The notes under the pieces are model-generated. The model was not told the DNA's origin and searched no databases. It saw only the letters and a program-made list of their open reading frames with translations. A DNA stretch of 64,000 nucleotides from an uncultured Actinomycetes bacterium (GTDB lineage Bacteria; Actinomycetota; UBA4738; HRBIN12), in NCBI GenBank assembly GCA_963810915.1, contig CAWEPH010000006.1, forward strand, positions 555,004 to 619,003, written 5' to 3'. Of the stretch, positions 31,509 to 43,930 are shown in pieces. The position numbers were made by a program, and so were the translations under genes. Numbering within the stretch: the stretch's first letter is position 1; each line of letters begins with the position of its first letter.

Positions 31509-31877
31509 TCAGAGCACCTCCGGCGCGAGCGAGATGATCTTCATGAACTTCTTCTCGCGCAGCTCCCGCGCGACCGGCCCGAAGATGCGGGTGCCGCGCG
31601 GGTTCTTCTGTTCGTTGATGATCACGACGGCGTTGTCGTCGAAGCGGATGTAGGAGCCGTCCGGGCGCCGACGCTCCTTGGCGGTGCGCACGACGACGGC
31701 GCGCACGACCTCGCCCTTCTTCACGGCGCCGCCCGGCAGGGCGTCCTTCACGGTGCCCACGATGACGTCGCCGACGCCCGCGTAGCGGCGGGCCGAGCCG
31801 CCGAGCACGCGGATGCACAGGACCTCTTTGGCCCCCGTGTTGTCCGCGACCTTGCAGCGCGTTTCCTGCTGGATCAC
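31509..31877 (-). CDS. rplN: 50S ribosomal protein L14
   Basis: GTG 31877. [27 protein letters not shown]...; intact at 122 aa. Confidence 0.95.
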   Translation of the reverse strand: MIQQETRCKVADNTGAKEVLCIRVLGGSARRYAGVGDVIVGTVKDALPGGAVKKGEVVRAVVVRTAKERRRPDGSYIRFDDNAVVIINEQKNPRGTRIFGPVARELREKKFMKIISLAPEVL

Positions 31878-32158
31878 TTCGCTCCGCTCCACGATCTCGA
31901 CGACGCGCCAGCGCTTCGACTTGGACACGGGGCGGGTCTCCATGACGCGGACCGTGTCGCCCACGTGCGCGTCGTTGGCCTCGTCGTGCGCGGCGAGCTT
32001 GGACGACCGGCGCACCGTCTTGTCGTAGAGGCGTGTGCCGGACCTGGCGGTCGATGCGGACCACCACGGTCTTGTCCATCTTGTCCGACACGACCACGCC
32101 GGTGCGCACCTTGCGGCGCCCGCGCTCGGCGGCTCGTGGTGTTCTGCTCGTCGCTCAC
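31874..32158 (-). pseudogene. rpsQ: 30S ribosomal protein S17, three frameshifts as sequenced (about 32134, 32034, 31883)
   Basis: VSDEQNTT / [33 protein letters not shown] / [50 protein letters not shown] / (A)K*. The pieces lie in alternating frames. Confidence 0.8.
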
Positions 32159-32399
32159 TGCTCGGCTCCTCGGTCGCCGCCGCGAGGGCGTCGAGCTCGA
32201 GTCTCGAGCTCGCGCTCCCGCAGGACGGTGGCGATCCGCGCCACCTCGTGGCGCACCTGCTTCAGGCGGGCGGGGTTGTCGAGCTGGCCCGTCGCCAGCT
32301 GGAAGCGCAGGTTGAAGAGCTCCTCCTTGGCGCCGATTCGATCTGCGCCACGAGCTCGTCGTCCGGCAGCTCCCGCAGCTCTGCGGTCTTGCTCGGCAT
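32155..32399 (-). pseudogene. rpmC: 50S ribosomal protein L29, one frameshift as sequenced (about 32329)
   Basis: [23 protein letters not shown] / [42 protein letters not shown].... The span is 245 nt. Confidence 0.85.
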
Positions 32400-32403
32400 C
32401 CGC

Positions 32404-32817
32404 TCACTCCCCCACCCTGCTGATGAACTTGGTCTTGATGGGCAGCTTGTGCTGCGCGCGCTTCATGGCCTCGCGCGCGAGCGGCTCGGGCACGCCGGCC
32501 AGCTCGAACATCACGCGGCCCGGCTTCACGACGGCCACCCAGCCCTCGGGGTTGCCCTTGCCGGAGCCCATGCGGGTCTCGGCGGGCTTCTTGGTCACCG
32601 ACTTGTCCGGGAAGATGTTGATCCAGACCTTGCCGCCGCGGCGGATGTGCCGCGTGATGGCGACACGGGCCGCCTCGATCTGCCGGTTGGTGATCCACGC
32701 GGGCTCCATGGCCACGAGGCCGTAGTCGCCGAAGTTGATCTCGGTGCCGCCCTTGGCCATGCCGCGGCGATGTCCGCGGTGCACCTTGCGGTGCTTGACC
32801 TTCTTGGGTGCGAGCAT
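32404..32817 (-). CDS. rplP: 50S ribosomal protein L16
   Basis: [24 protein letters not shown]...; intact at 137 aa. Confidence 0.95.
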   Translation of the reverse strand: MLAPKKVKHRKVHRGHRRGMAKGGTEINFGDYGLVAMEPAWITNRQIEAARVAITRHIRRGGKVWINIFPDKSVTKKPAETRMGSGKGNPEGWVAVVKPGRVMFELAGVPEPLAREAMKRAQHKLPIKTKFISRVGE

Positions 32818-33701
32818 CAGGCCTCACCACCCTCGGGCGTCTCGCGGCCGCGGCCTCCGGTCGGCGGCGGCCATCGGCCGACCGGCTCCACGGGCGCGGT
32901 CTCGCGCGGGCGTCGGCGCATCGGTCGACGGCCATCGGGCTCGGCGGCCTCGGCCGCACGTGTCCTCGCCGCCGCGCCGCCGCCGCGGTCGTCGGTCCAC
33001 CTGCTGCGCGGTGGCGTGGGCGCGCGCCAGGGCACGCTCGGTGTCCTGCTCGCGGCGCGGCACCTCGTCGCCGTGGTAGACCCAGACCTTCACGCCGATG
33101 GCGCCGAAGGTGGTCTTGGCCTCGGCGGTGCCGAAGTCGACCTTGGCGCGCAGGGTGTGCAGGGGCACGCGGCCCTCGCGGTACCACTCCTGGCGGCCCA
33201 TCTCCGCGCCGCCCAGGCGGCCGGCGCACGCGACGCGGACGCCGAGGGCACCCGAGCGCATGGCGGTCTGGACGCAGCGGCGCATCGCGCGACGGAACGC
33301 GACGCGGCCGGCGAGCTGCTCGGCGACGCCCTGGGCCAGCAGCGCGGCGTCCGTCTCCGGACGCGACTCGCTGGCCGCCTGGTTCATGTCCTCGACCTTC
33401 ACGTCGACGCGCTTCTTCGTGTAGCGCTCGATGTCCTTGCGCAGGCGGTCGACCTCGGCGCCCTTGCGGCCGATCACGATGCCGGGGCGCGCCGTGCGGA
33501 TGAAGACCCAGATCTGGTCGCCCTTGCGCTCGATGTCGATGCTGGAGATGCCGGCGCGCGTTCAGCCGGGTGCGGATGTGCTTGCGGATCCAGACGTCCT
33601 CGTGGAGCTGGGGCGCGTAGTCGCGTACCGGCGTACCAGTTGGACTTCCAGGGGTAGATGACCCCCAGCCGGAACCCGTACGGGTTGACCTTGTGACCCA
33701 C
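32817..33701 (-). pseudogene. rpsC: 30S ribosomal protein S3, at least two frameshifts (about 33626 and 33557) plus an unresolved Arg/Gly/Pro-rich tail
   Basis: GTG 33701. MGHKVNPYGFRLGVIYPWKSNWYAG / [23 protein letters not shown] / [35 protein letters not shown].... The true stop is either 32824 or the TGATG at 32817. Confidence 0.8.
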
Positions 33702-34046
33702 TAGCCTTCATCTCCCATCGTCTGCACCACGACCGTCACGTGCGAGGTGCGCTTGCGCACCCGCGTGGCGCGGCCGTACGCGCGCGGCCGGTACCGCCGC
33801 AGCGTCGGGCCCTCGTCGACCCACGCGCGCGCGATCCACAGGTTGTCGGCGATCACGCCGGGCTTCTGCTCGGCGTTGGCGATGGCCGAGTTCAGCAGCT
33901 TCTCGAGGTCGTGCGAGGCGCCCAGCGGCGAGAACCGCAGGATGCGCCGCGCCTCCATCGACGTGCTGGCCGCGGATCAGGTCCACCGCGCGCCGCATCT
34001 TGCGCGGCGTGGTGCGGACGTACTTCATGGTGGCTCGGGACTCCAT
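33701..34046 (-). pseudogene. rplV: 50S ribosomal protein L22, one frameshift as sequenced (about 33957)
   Basis: MESRATMKYVRTTPRKMRRAVDLIRGQHVD / EARRILRFSPLGASHDLEKLLNSAIANAE.... The span is 346 nt. Confidence 0.88.
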
Positions 34047-34050
34047 GCGC

Positions 34051-34332
34051 CTACCTCACTCCGGTCCTTCGCTCGTCCCGCGAGTGCGAGCGGAACGTAC
34101 GGGTGGGCGCGAACTCGCCGAGCTTGTGCCCGACCATCGACTCGGAGATGAACACCGGCACGTGCTTGCGGCCGTCGTGCACGGCGATGGTGTGCCCGAG
34201 CATCTCGGGCACGATCGTGGAACGGCGCGACCAGGTCTTGACGACCCGCTTGTCGCCCTTCTTGTTCATCTCGTCGATCTTGACCATCAGGTGCTCGTCG
34301 ACGAACGGACCCTTCTTCACGGACCTCGGCAT
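34051..34332 (-). CDS. rpsS: 30S ribosomal protein S19
   Basis: [19 protein letters not shown]...[13 protein letters not shown]; intact at 93 aa. Confidence 0.95.
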   Translation of the reverse strand: MPRSVKKGPFVDEHLMVKIDEMNKKGDKRVVKTWSRRSTIVPEMLGHTIAVHDGRKHVPVFISESMVGHKLGEFAPTRTFRSHSRDERRTGVR

Positions 34333-34334
34333 GG

Positions 34335-35166
34335 CTAGCCCCGACCCTTCCCACGGCGACGGACGATGTACTTGTTCGACGCCTTGTTCTTCTTGCGCGT
34401 ACGGCCTTCCTTCTGACCCCACGGTGAGGACGGGTGCCGCCCACCGGAGGACTTGCCCTCGCCGCCGCCCAGCGGGTGGTCGACGGGGTTCATCGCCACG
34501 CCGCGGACGGTGGGACGCTTGTTCTTCCAGCGCGCGCGGCCGGCCTTGCCGAGCGAGATCAGCTCGTGCTCGGGGTTGCCCACCACGCCCACGGTGCCCT
34601 TGCAGGTGGCCGGGATCAGGCGCATCTCGCCCGAGGGCAGGCGCAGCGTGGCCATCGAGCCCTCCTTGGCCATCAGCTGCACGCTGGTGCCGGCGGAGCG
34701 CGCCAGCTTGGCGCCGGCGCCCGGCTTCAGCTCGATCGCGTGGATCACGGTGCCCGACCGGGATGTTGCGCAGCGGCAGCGCGTTGCCGGGACGGATCTC
34801 GGCGTCGGCGCCCGACATGAGCGTGTCGCCCTGCTGCACGCCCTGCGGCGCCAGGATGTAGCGCTTCTCGCCGTCGGCGTAGTGCAGGAGCGCGATGCGC
34901 GCGCTCCGGTTGGGGTCGTACTCGATGTGCGCGACCTTGGCCGGCACGCCGTCCTTGTTCCGCTTGAAGTCCACGACGCGGTAGCGGTTCTTGTTGCCGC
35001 CGCCGTGGTGGCGCGCCGTGATGCGGCCGTGGACGTTGCGCCCGGCCTTGTTGCGGCCCTTGACCACCAGCGACTTCTCGGGCGTGGCCCGCGTGATCTC
35101 CTCGAAGGTGGACACGCTCGCGCCGCGGCGCCCGGGGGTCGTCGGCTTGTACTTACGAACGCCCAT
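34335..35166 (-). pseudogene. rplB: 50S ribosomal protein L2, one frameshift as sequenced (extra G, 34753-34755)
   Basis: [18 protein letters not shown]...LRNIPVG / [21 protein letters not shown].... The span is 832 nt. Confidence 0.9.
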
Positions 35167-35171
35167 GGTCC

Positions 35172-35463
35172 CTACTTCCCGCTCTCGAAGATCTCGATGG
35201 CATCGCCGGGCGCGAGCGTCACGATCGCGCGCTTCTCGTCGGCCCGCTTGCCCTTCGTGTAGCCGCGCCGCTTCACCTTGCCGCGGCGGTTCAGGGTGTT
35301 CACCGAGATCACCTGCACGTCCCAGATGGCCTGCACGGCCTCCTTGATCTCGGTCTTGTTCGCCCGCGGGTCGACCAGGAACGTGTAGCGTCCCGGCCTC
35401 GAGGCCGGCGTAGGACTTCTCCGAGACGACCGGGCGGATGATCACGTCACGCGGGGACTTCAC
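35172..35463 (-). pseudogene. rplW: 50S ribosomal protein L23, one frameshift as sequenced (about 35391)
   Basis: [24 protein letters not shown] / [27 protein letters not shown]...AIEIFESGK*. Confidence 0.88.
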
Positions 35464-36116
35464 GACGCCACCTCCTCGTCCCGGCCGGGCCGCTTCGAGG
35501 GCGTCGAGCGCGGCGCGCCGTGAACAGCACCCGGTCGGCCCAGCAGCAGGTCGTAGGTGCCCAGGCCGCCCGCGTACGCGACGCGCACGTCCGCGCAGGT
35601 TGCGGAACGACTTCTCCGCGGCGCCGTCCTCGGTCGGCTCGGGCAGGACCACGACGATCTTGCCGTCGAGCTCGAGGGCGTCCAGCAGCTCGACGGCCGC
35701 GCTTGGTCTTGCGGCTCGTCGAAGCCGAGGTCGGCGACCACGGCGATCTTGCCGCTCTTCAGGGCGTCGGTGAGCGCCGAGCGCAGCGCGCCCTTGCTTC
35801 ATCTTCTTGTTGACGCGCAGCTCGTGGTCGTGCGGCTGCGGGCCGTGGGCCACGCCGCCGCCGACCCACTGGGGCGAGCGGATCGAACCCTGGCGCGCGC
35901 GGCCGGTGCCCTTCTGACGCCACGGCTTCTTGCCGCCGCCGCGCACCTCGCCGCGCGTCTTCGTGCTGTGCGTGCCGGCGCGCAGCCCGGCGAGCCCGGC
36001 CAGGACCACCTGATGCATCAGCGGCACGCTCACCGTGCGCCTCGAACAGCTCGGCGGGCAGATCGCGGCTGCCCGGCCTTCTTGCCGGACGCGTCGAGGA
36101 TGTCGATGCTCGCCAT
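35460..36116 (-). pseudogene. rplD: 50S ribosomal protein L4, about nine frameshifts as sequenced
   Basis: Homologous pieces alternate between all three frames: [15 protein letters not shown] / [12 protein letters not shown] / [10 protein letters not shown]...KKMKQG / [26 protein letters not shown] / KTK / [22 protein letters not shown]...SFRNL / [18 protein letters not shown] / ADRVLFTA / [11 protein letters not shown] / DEEVAS*. Confidence 0.8.
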
Positions 36117-36118
36117 GC

Positions 36119-36781
36119 TCACGCCCCCTTCGTCGCCGGTGTCTTGACGGCCGAGCGCACCATGACGAGCCCGCCGTTGGGGCCGGGCACCGCGCCCTTG
36201 ACGAGCAGCAGGTTGCGCTCGGGGTCGGCCTGGACGACCTCGAGGTTCAGCACGGTCACGCGCTGGTTGCCGTGCTGGCCCGCCATCCGCATGCCCTTGA
36301 AGACGCGGCTGGGCGTGGCGCAGGCCCCGATCGCACCCGGCGCGCGATGCTTCTTGTGCACGCCGTGGCTCGCCCTGCAGTCCGGCGAACCCGTGGCGCT
36401 TCATGACGCCGCTGAAGCCCTTGCCCTTGGAGACGCCCACGACGTCGACCATGTCGCCCGCGGCGAAGACGTCGGCCTTGAGCTCCTGGCCGGCGGTGTA
36501 GTCGGCGGCGTCGTCGGTGCGCAGCTCCACCAGGTGGCGGCGCGGCTCGTCGACGCCGTGCCTTGTCGTAGTGGCCCTTCATGGGCTTGGTGACGTCGCG
36601 CGGGCGCGTCTCGCCGTAGGCGAGCTGGACGGCCGCGTAGCCGTCGTCTCCCTCGGGCGGACTTGACCTGCGCGACGACGCACGGCCCGGCCTGGATCAC
36701 CGTGACCGGGATGGCCCGCGTGTCGTCGAAGATCTGGGTCATCCCCAGCTTCTGTCCCAAGATGCCCTTCACGTCGCTCAT
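36119..36781 (-). pseudogene. rplC: 50S ribosomal protein L3, three frameshifts as sequenced (about 36658, 36558, 36371)
   Basis: [20 protein letters not shown]...AQVKS / [33 protein letters not shown] / [13 protein letters not shown]...[16 protein letters not shown] / [26 protein letters not shown].... Confidence 0.85.
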
Positions 36782-36790
36782 GTCCTTCGT

Positions 36791-37099
36791 CTAGAGCTTG
36801 ATCTCGATGTCGACCCCGGCCGACAGGTTCAGGCGCTGGAGCTCCTGCACCGTCTTGGAGGTGGCGTCCACGATGTCGATCAGCCGTTTGTGCGTGAGCA
36901 TCTGGAAGTGCTCGCGCGAGTCCTTGTACTTGTGCGGCGAGCGGATCACCGTGTAGATGTAGCGCTCGGTCGGCAGCGGCACCGGACCCACGACCTTGGC
37001 GCCGGTGCGCGTGACGTGCTCGACGATGTCGCGCGCGGCCACGTCCAGCATCCGGTGGTCGTACGCCCGGAGCTTGATGCGGATCTTCGGTCCTGCCAT
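36791..37099 (-). CDS. rpsJ: 30S ribosomal protein S10
   Basis: [19 protein letters not shown]...; intact at 102 aa. Confidence 0.95.
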   Translation of the reverse strand: MAGPKIRIKLRAYDHRMLDVAARDIVEHVTRTGAKVVGPVPLPTERYIYTVIRSPHKYKDSREHFQMLTHKRLIDIVDATSKTVQELQRLNLSAGVDIEIKL

Positions 37100-37147
37100 C
37101 GAACGCCTTCTCCCTCTCGGCCTCTGTCGGCTCGGTCGTCGGTCCGC

Positions 37148-38335
<1,188 letters not shown>

Positions 38336-38359
38336 CAGTCGGTTCCTTCCCTTCCCTAC

Positions 38360-40517
38360 TTACTCGCCCGTGACCCTGGCGACGATCTCCTTGGCGATCT
38401 GTGCCGGGACCTCGTTGTACGCGTGGAGCTGCATGGGGCTGTGCGCGGCACGGCCCTGGGTGCGCGAGCGCAGGTCCGTGGCGTAGCCGAAGAGCTCGGC
38501 CAGCGGCACGACCACGCGGACGACCTTCTGTCCGCTGCGCTCGTCGATGTTCTCGATGCGGCCGCGGCGCGCGGTGACCTCGCCCATCACGTCGCCGAGG
38601 AACTCCTCCGGCGAGGTGACCTCGAACTCCATGACGGGCTCGAGCAGGACCGGGTCGGCCTTGCGCGCGGCGTCCTTCACGGCCATCGACCCCGCGATCT
38701 TGAACGCCATCTCGGAGGAGTCGACCTCGTGGTAGGAGCCGTCGATCAGCGTGGCGCGCACGTCCACCATGGGGTAGCCGGCCAGGATGCCGTTGTCGAG
38801 CGCCTCCTGGATGCCCTGGTCCACGGCGGGGATGTACTCGCGCGGGATCTTGCCGCCGACGATCTTGTTGATGAACTCGTAGCCGCCGCCGGGTCCGGTG
38901 GGCTCGAGGTCCAGCACGACGTGGCCGAACTGGCCCTTGCCGCCCGTCTGGCGCACGAAGCGCGCCTCGACCTTGTGGACCTCCTTGCGGATCGTCTCGC
39001 GGTAGGCCACCTGCGGCTTGCCGACGTTGGCGTCCACCGAGAACTCGCGCTTGAGGCGGTCCACGATGATGTCGAGGTGCAGCTCGCCCATCCCGGAGAT
39101 CACCGTCTGCCCGGTCTCGTCGTCGAACTTCACGACGAAGGTGGGGTCCTCGTCGGAGAGCTTCGCGAGTCCGGATGCCCAGCTTGTCCTGGTCGGCCTT
39201 GGTCTTGGGCTCGACCGCCACCGAGATGACCGGCGTGGGGAAGCTGATCGACTCCAGCACGACCGGCTTGTCGGGGTCGCAGATCGTGTCGCCCGTGGTG
39301 GAGTGCTTCAGGCCCACGACGGCCACGATGTCGCCGGTGTACGCGGCCTCGAGGTCCTCGCGGTGGTTGGCGTGCATCTGCAGCACGCGCCCGATGCGCT
39401 CCTTGCGGTCCTTCGTGCTGTTCAGCACGTGGGAGCCGGCGTGCAGGATGCCCGAGTAGACCCGCAGGTAGGTGAGGCGTCCGACGTAGGCGTCGGACAT
39501 GATCTTGAAGGCCAGCGCGGAGAAGGGCTGTCCGTCGTCGGGCTCGCGCTCGACGTGCTGATCCTCCTTCTCGGGCAGGTGTCCCTCGACCGGCGGCACG
39601 TCCAGCGGCGAGGGGAGGAAGTGCACCACGGCGTCGAGCACGAGCTGCACGCCCTTGTTCTTGAACGCGGATCCGCACAGCACGGGCACGCCCTCGTTCG
39701 CGAGGGTGGCCTGCCGGATGGCTCGGCGCATCTCCTCGACGGTGGGCTCTTCCTCGTGGATGAACTTCTCCATGAGGGCCTCGTCGTGGTCGGCGAGCTT
39801 CTCGAAGAGCTCGCGGTGCGCGGCCTCGGCCGCCTCGCGGTACTCCTCGGGGATGTCCGTGTCCTTCCAGTCCTCCCCCATCTCGCCTTCCCAGTAGTGG
39901 CCCTTCATCTCCACGAGGTCGATGACCCCGTGGAGCTCGGACTCGGTGCCCCAGGGGAGCTGCAGGACGAGCGGGTTGGCGCCGAGGCGGTCGACGATCA
40001 TGCCGACGGTGCGCTCGAAGTCGGCGCCGGTGCGGTCCATCTTGTTCACGAAGCAGATGCGGGGCACGTGGTAGCGGTCGGCCTGGCGCCACACCGTCTC
40101 GGACTGCGGCTCGACGCCGGCGACGGCGTCGAACACGGCGACGGCGCCGTCGAGCACGCGGAGGGAGCGCTCGACCTCGACCGTGAAGTCGACGTGGCCG
40201 GGCGTGTCGATGATGTTGATCCAGTGGCCCTTCCACTGACAGGTGGTGGCGGCCGACGTGATCGTGATGCCGCGCTCGCGCTCCTGGGCCATCCAGTCCA
40301 TCTGGGCCGTGCCCTCGTGGACCTCGCCGATCTTGTACGCCTTGCCGGTGTAGTAGAGGATGCGCTCGGTCGTCGTCGTCTTACCGGCATCGATGTGGGC
40401 CATGATGCCGATGTTGCGCGTGCGCGCGAGGGGGTATTCGCGGATGTTGAGCCGCTTCCCCTTCTTGACGTCCTGCTCTGTCGTTGCCACGTGCATCTTC
40501 TCCGCGGGGCTCGCCAT
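38360..40517 (-). pseudogene. fusA: elongation factor G, one frameshift as sequenced (about 39171-39174)
   Basis: [23 protein letters not shown]...KADQDKLGI / [33 protein letters not shown].... The start is ambiguous: ATG 40517, ATG 40496 or GTG 40490. Confidence 0.9.
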
Positions 40518-40582
40518 CTAGGCTCGCCCCCTGTCAGCGGAAACCCGGCCGCGAGGCCGGGTCCGGTACGACTCCTCGTCCA

Positions 40583-41053
40583 TCACCAGCGGTAGTGCGC
40601 GAAGGCCTTGTTGGCCTCGGCCATCTTGTGCATGTCCTCGCGGCGCTTCACGGATACGCCGGTCCCGTTGGCGGCGTCCATGATCTCGGCCACCAGACGG
40701 TCGGCCATCGAGTTCTCCTTGCGCTGGCGGCTGTAGTTCACGAGCCAGCGGAGCGCGAGGGTCGTGCCGCGCTGCGGCTTGACCTCGACCGGCACCTGGT
40801 AGGAGGCGCCGCCGACGCGCCGGGACTTGACCTCGAGCATGGGACGCACGTTGTCGACCGCCCGCTTGAGGGTGATCACCGGGTCGTTGGCGGTGCGCTC
40901 CGAGATGACCTCGAGCGCCTTGTAGACCGTGCGCTCGGCGACGGTCTTCTTCCCGTCCAGCAGCACCTTGTTGATGAGCTGCGTGACGAGGGGGTTCTGA
41001 TACACGGGGTCCGGGAAGACCTCGCGGCGTACGGCAGGGCCCTTGCGCGGCAT
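40583..41053 (-). CDS. rpsG: 30S ribosomal protein S7
   Basis: [20 protein letters not shown]...AFAHYRW; 156 aa. Confidence 0.95.
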   Translation of the reverse strand: MPRKGPAVRREVFPDPVYQNPLVTQLINKVLLDGKKTVAERTVYKALEVISERTANDPVITLKRAVDNVRPMLEVKSRRVGGASYQVPVEVKPQRGTTLALRWLVNYSRQRKENSMADRLVAEIMDAANGTGVSVKRREDMHKMAEANKAFAHYRW

Positions 41054-41055
41054 GC

Positions 41056-41430
41056 TTACTCGCCGCCCTTCTTGGCGCCGTAGCGCGAGCGTGCCTGCTT
41101 GCGGTCCTTCACGCCGGCGGTGTCCAGCGTGCCGCGGACGATCTTGTAGCGCACGCCCGGCAGGTCCTTCACGCGGCCGCCCCGCACCAGGACGATGGAG
41201 TGCTCCTGGAGGTTGTGGCCGACGCCGGGGATGTAGCAGGTGACCTCGATGCCCGAGGTGAGCCGGACGCGCGCGACCTTGCGCAGCGCCGAGTTCGGCT
41301 TCTTGGGGGTCATGGTGTAGACACGCGTGCAGACGCCGCGCCGCTGCGGGGAACCCTTCAGCGCGGGAGCCTTCGTCTTCTCTTTGCGGGCCTCGCGGCC
41401 CTGGCGCACAAGTTGCTCGATCGTAGGCAT
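41056..41430 (-). CDS. rpsL: 30S ribosomal protein S12
   Basis: [39 protein letters not shown]...; 124 aa. Confidence 0.95.
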   Translation of the reverse strand: MPTIEQLVRQGREARKEKTKAPALKGSPQRRGVCTRVYTMTPKKPNSALRKVARVRLTSGIEVTCYIPGVGHNLQEHSIVLVRGGRVKDLPGVRYKIVRGTLDTAGVKDRKQARSRYGAKKGGE

Positions 41431-41610
41431 AGATCTCTCGTCTGCACTCTTCCGTTGTCAAACACCGGGGCACGGCTCGCGCGAACGCGGGGGCGTACCC
41501 GTGGACCGGAACCGTCGGGGCGCGCGGAGCACCGCCTGCCCGTTCGGATCCCACTCCGGAACCGGAGTCGAACGCGCCCGGAGGCCCACCGAACCGGGGC
41601 GCGACCGATA

Positions 41611-41640
41611 AAGCTACAGGTCGCACGCACGGAGCGTCAA
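41611..41640 (-). promoter_or_regulatory. candidate str-operon promoter (-35 TTGACG, 18-nt spacer, -10 TAGCTT)
   Basis: Read on the minus strand about 180 nt upstream of rpsL. Motif match only. Confidence 0.3.
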
Positions 41641-41905
41641 CCGGCGCGGGGTGCCTTCGGCGTGAGGTGCCCGTCCCGCGATCCGGTCGCCCGGACGCAC
41701 CCCCAGATGATACCGGAACCACGCCGGCCCAGCCCGGGGACATGGCCCTCGAGCGCCTGCGGGCGAGGGCGTCACGCACCCTGCGGGCTAGGGGGTTGTG
41801 CCGATGCGACAAACCCGAGGACTAGGCATATAGTCCCATGGCTGACCGGGGCCCCCCGCGTCGTTCGTTCGCGGACCTCGAGCCCGGTCGGGGAAGGAGC
41901 AGGGC

Positions 41906-43846
41906 ATGAGGGTTCGATCCTTGACCCGCCCCGCCATCGGCCTGTTGGCGACGTTCGCCGTCGTCGCCACGCTGGTGTCGGGAGCGGGGGCATCGTCCGC
42001 GACGAAACGGGTATCGGGAGCCCCTCGGTGGGCCACGCGGTCCAACTTCGTGCGCCGGGCGCGGCCCGGCACGGAGATCGATATCGCCGTCGTCTTGGGA
42101 TGGCGTGATCCGGCCGGCGTCGCCTCGTTCGCGGCCGCCGTGTCCGATCCTCGCAGCGCCTCGTACGGCAAGTACCTGAGCCCGGCGCAGTTCCGCGCCC
42201 GGTTCTCGCAGTCCGACGCGGCGGTGGCATCCGTCAGCTCGTGGCTGCGAAGCACCGGCCTGCAGGTCGGGACCGTTCCCGCGAACCATCTCTTCGTCGG
42301 GGCCCGCGGGACCGTGGCCCAGGTCGAGAAGGCCTTCGGCATCCAGCTGAACATGTACCGCACCGCGGGACGCGTGATGCGCGCCCCCGACGCCGACCCC
42401 CAGGTGCCGGCCTCCATCGCCGGCGTCGTCCAGGGCGTCATCGGACTGGCGAGCACGCGGGTGCAGCACTCCGGTCCCTCGGCGCCGCCCGCCCCCGTCT
42501 TCGTGCAGGGCAAGCCGTGCTCGGAGTTCTGGGGTCAGAAGACCGCCAAGAGCCTGCCCAAGGCGTACGGGCACAAGCAGCCCTACACGCCGTGCGGCTA
42601 CGCGCCCAAGCAGGTGCGCGGCGCCTACGGCCTCGCCCCCGTCATCAAGTCGGGGACCGACGGCTCCGGCGTCACGGTCGCGGTCATCGACGCGTTCAAC
42701 TCGCCGACCATCCGCAAGGACCTCACGATCTACTCGCAGCGGCACGGGCTCCCGAAGCCCAAGCTGAAGCAGTACAACGTGAAGCCGCTGCCCGGCGACA
42801 TCGAGAACAAGCAGGGCTGGTACGGCGAAGAGACCCTCGACCTGGACGCGATCCACGGGATGGCCCCCGGCGCCAAGCTCGTCTACGCGGGCGCCAAGGA
42901 CAACTCGGACCTCAACATCCTCGAGCGGGTCGTCTACGTGATCGACAACCACCTCGCCTCGATCGTGAACAACTCCTACGGCAACGCGGGCGAGGCACTG
43001 CCCGCCGCCGAGATCAAGGCCGAGGAGGCCGCGTACCAGCAGGCCATCGCCGAGGGGATCGGCTTCTACTTCTCCTCCGGCGACTGCGGCGACAACCTGG
43101 ACCCGCAGGGCCTCTGCGGCGGGACGGGCGCACGCGAGACCGACTACCCGGCCTCGAGCCCGAACGTGACCGCCGTCGGCGGCACGAGCCTGGCCGTGAG
43201 CAAGAGCAACGGCTACCTGTTCGAGACGGGCTGGGGCACCGGCTTCTCCCCGCTCGGACCGAGCGGCCAGCACTGGAACCCGAAGCCTCCGGGCTACTAC
43301 CTCTACGGCGGCGGCGGCGGCACCAGCAAGCGGTTCGCCGAGCCCGCGTACCAGCAGGGCGTCGTTCCGACGTCGCTTTCCGGGTACTGGGGCAAGTCGA
43401 ACCGCGTCGTGCCGGACTTCGCCGCGGACGGTGACCCCAACACCGGGTACCTGGTGGGGCAGACCCAGACCTTCCCGAACGGGAAGGTGCGCTACAGCGA
43501 GTACCGCCTCGGCGGCACCAGCCTCTCCTCCCCCCTCGTGGCGGGGATCATGGCGCTGGCGAACCAGTACGCGGGGCACGACCTCGGGTTCGTGAACCCG
43601 CTGCTGTACTCGCTCGACGCGAGCGCGTTCCGCGACATCGTGGACCCGAGCTCGACCGTCGCCGTCGCGCGCACGAACTACGCGAACGGCGTCAACGCGG
43701 CCGGTGGACTCACGTACTCGCTGCGCACGATGAACCAGACGGGCACGCTGCACACCATCCCCGGTTACGACGACGTCACCGGGCGCGGCACCCCGAACGG
43801 CTGGGACTTCCTGCAGGCCCTGGCCGCAGGAGGTGGACCCGCCTGA
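41906..43846 (+). CDS. secreted S53 (sedolisin/kumamolisin-type) serine peptidase
   Basis: Signal peptide MRVRSLTRPAIGLLATFAVVATLVSGAGASSA. Pro-kumamolisin-like prodomain (SASYGKYLSPAQFRARF...). Catalytic region has EETLDLDAI and GGTSLSSPLVAG. GGGGAAGGAG ends 5 nt upstream of the start codon. Confidence 0.85.
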   Translation: MRVRSLTRPAIGLLATFAVVATLVSGAGASSATKRVSGAPRWATRSNFVRRARPGTEIDIAVVLGWRDPAGVASFAAAVSDPRSASYGKYLSPAQFRARFSQSDAAVASVSSWLRSTGLQVGTVPANHLFVGARGTVAQVEKAFGIQLNMYRTAGRVMRAPDADPQVPASIAGVVQGVIGLASTRVQHSGPSAPPAPVFVQGKPCSEFWGQKTAKSLPKAYGHKQPYTPCGYAPKQVRGAYGLAPVIKSGTDGSGVTVAVIDAFNSPTIRKDLTIYSQRHGLPKPKLKQYNVKPLPGDIENKQGWYGEETLDLDAIHGMAPGAKLVYAGAKDNSDLNILERVVYVIDNHLASIVNNSYGNAGEALPAAEIKAEEAAYQQAIAEGIGFYFSSGDCGDNLDPQGLCGGTGARETDYPASSPNVTAVGGTSLAVSKSNGYLFETGWGTGFSPLGPSGQHWNPKPPGYYLYGGGGGTSKRFAEPAYQQGVVPTSLSGYWGKSNRVVPDFAADGDPNTGYLVGQTQTFPNGKVRYSEYRLGGTSLSSPLVAGIMALANQYAGHDLGFVNPLLYSLDASAFRDIVDPSSTVAVARTNYANGVNAAGGLTYSLRTMNQTGTLHTIPGYDDVTGRGTPNGWDFLQALAAGGGPA

Positions 43847-43873
43847 GGGTCTGACGCAGCCGCACCACGCAGT

Positions 43874-43908
43874 GCGAAGGGCGCCCCGCGAAGCGGGGCG
43901 CCCTTCGC
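43874..43908 (+). terminator. GC-rich hairpin after the peptidase gene
   Basis: GCGAAGGGCGCCCCGC-GAA-GCGGGGCGCCCTTCGC, a 16-bp perfect stem. Confidence 0.55.
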
Positions 43909-43930
43909 GTATCCGGTAGCGTCATCCCCC

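Noticed and set aside
41431-41905. The 475-nt divergent spacer upstream of rpsL, checked for a hidden gene or known RNA.
   Set aside because: Only shadow ORFs are present. It is adequately explained as the rpsL leader and promoter plus the peptidase promoter. Apart from one weak promoter match, reported at low confidence, I saw nothing else.
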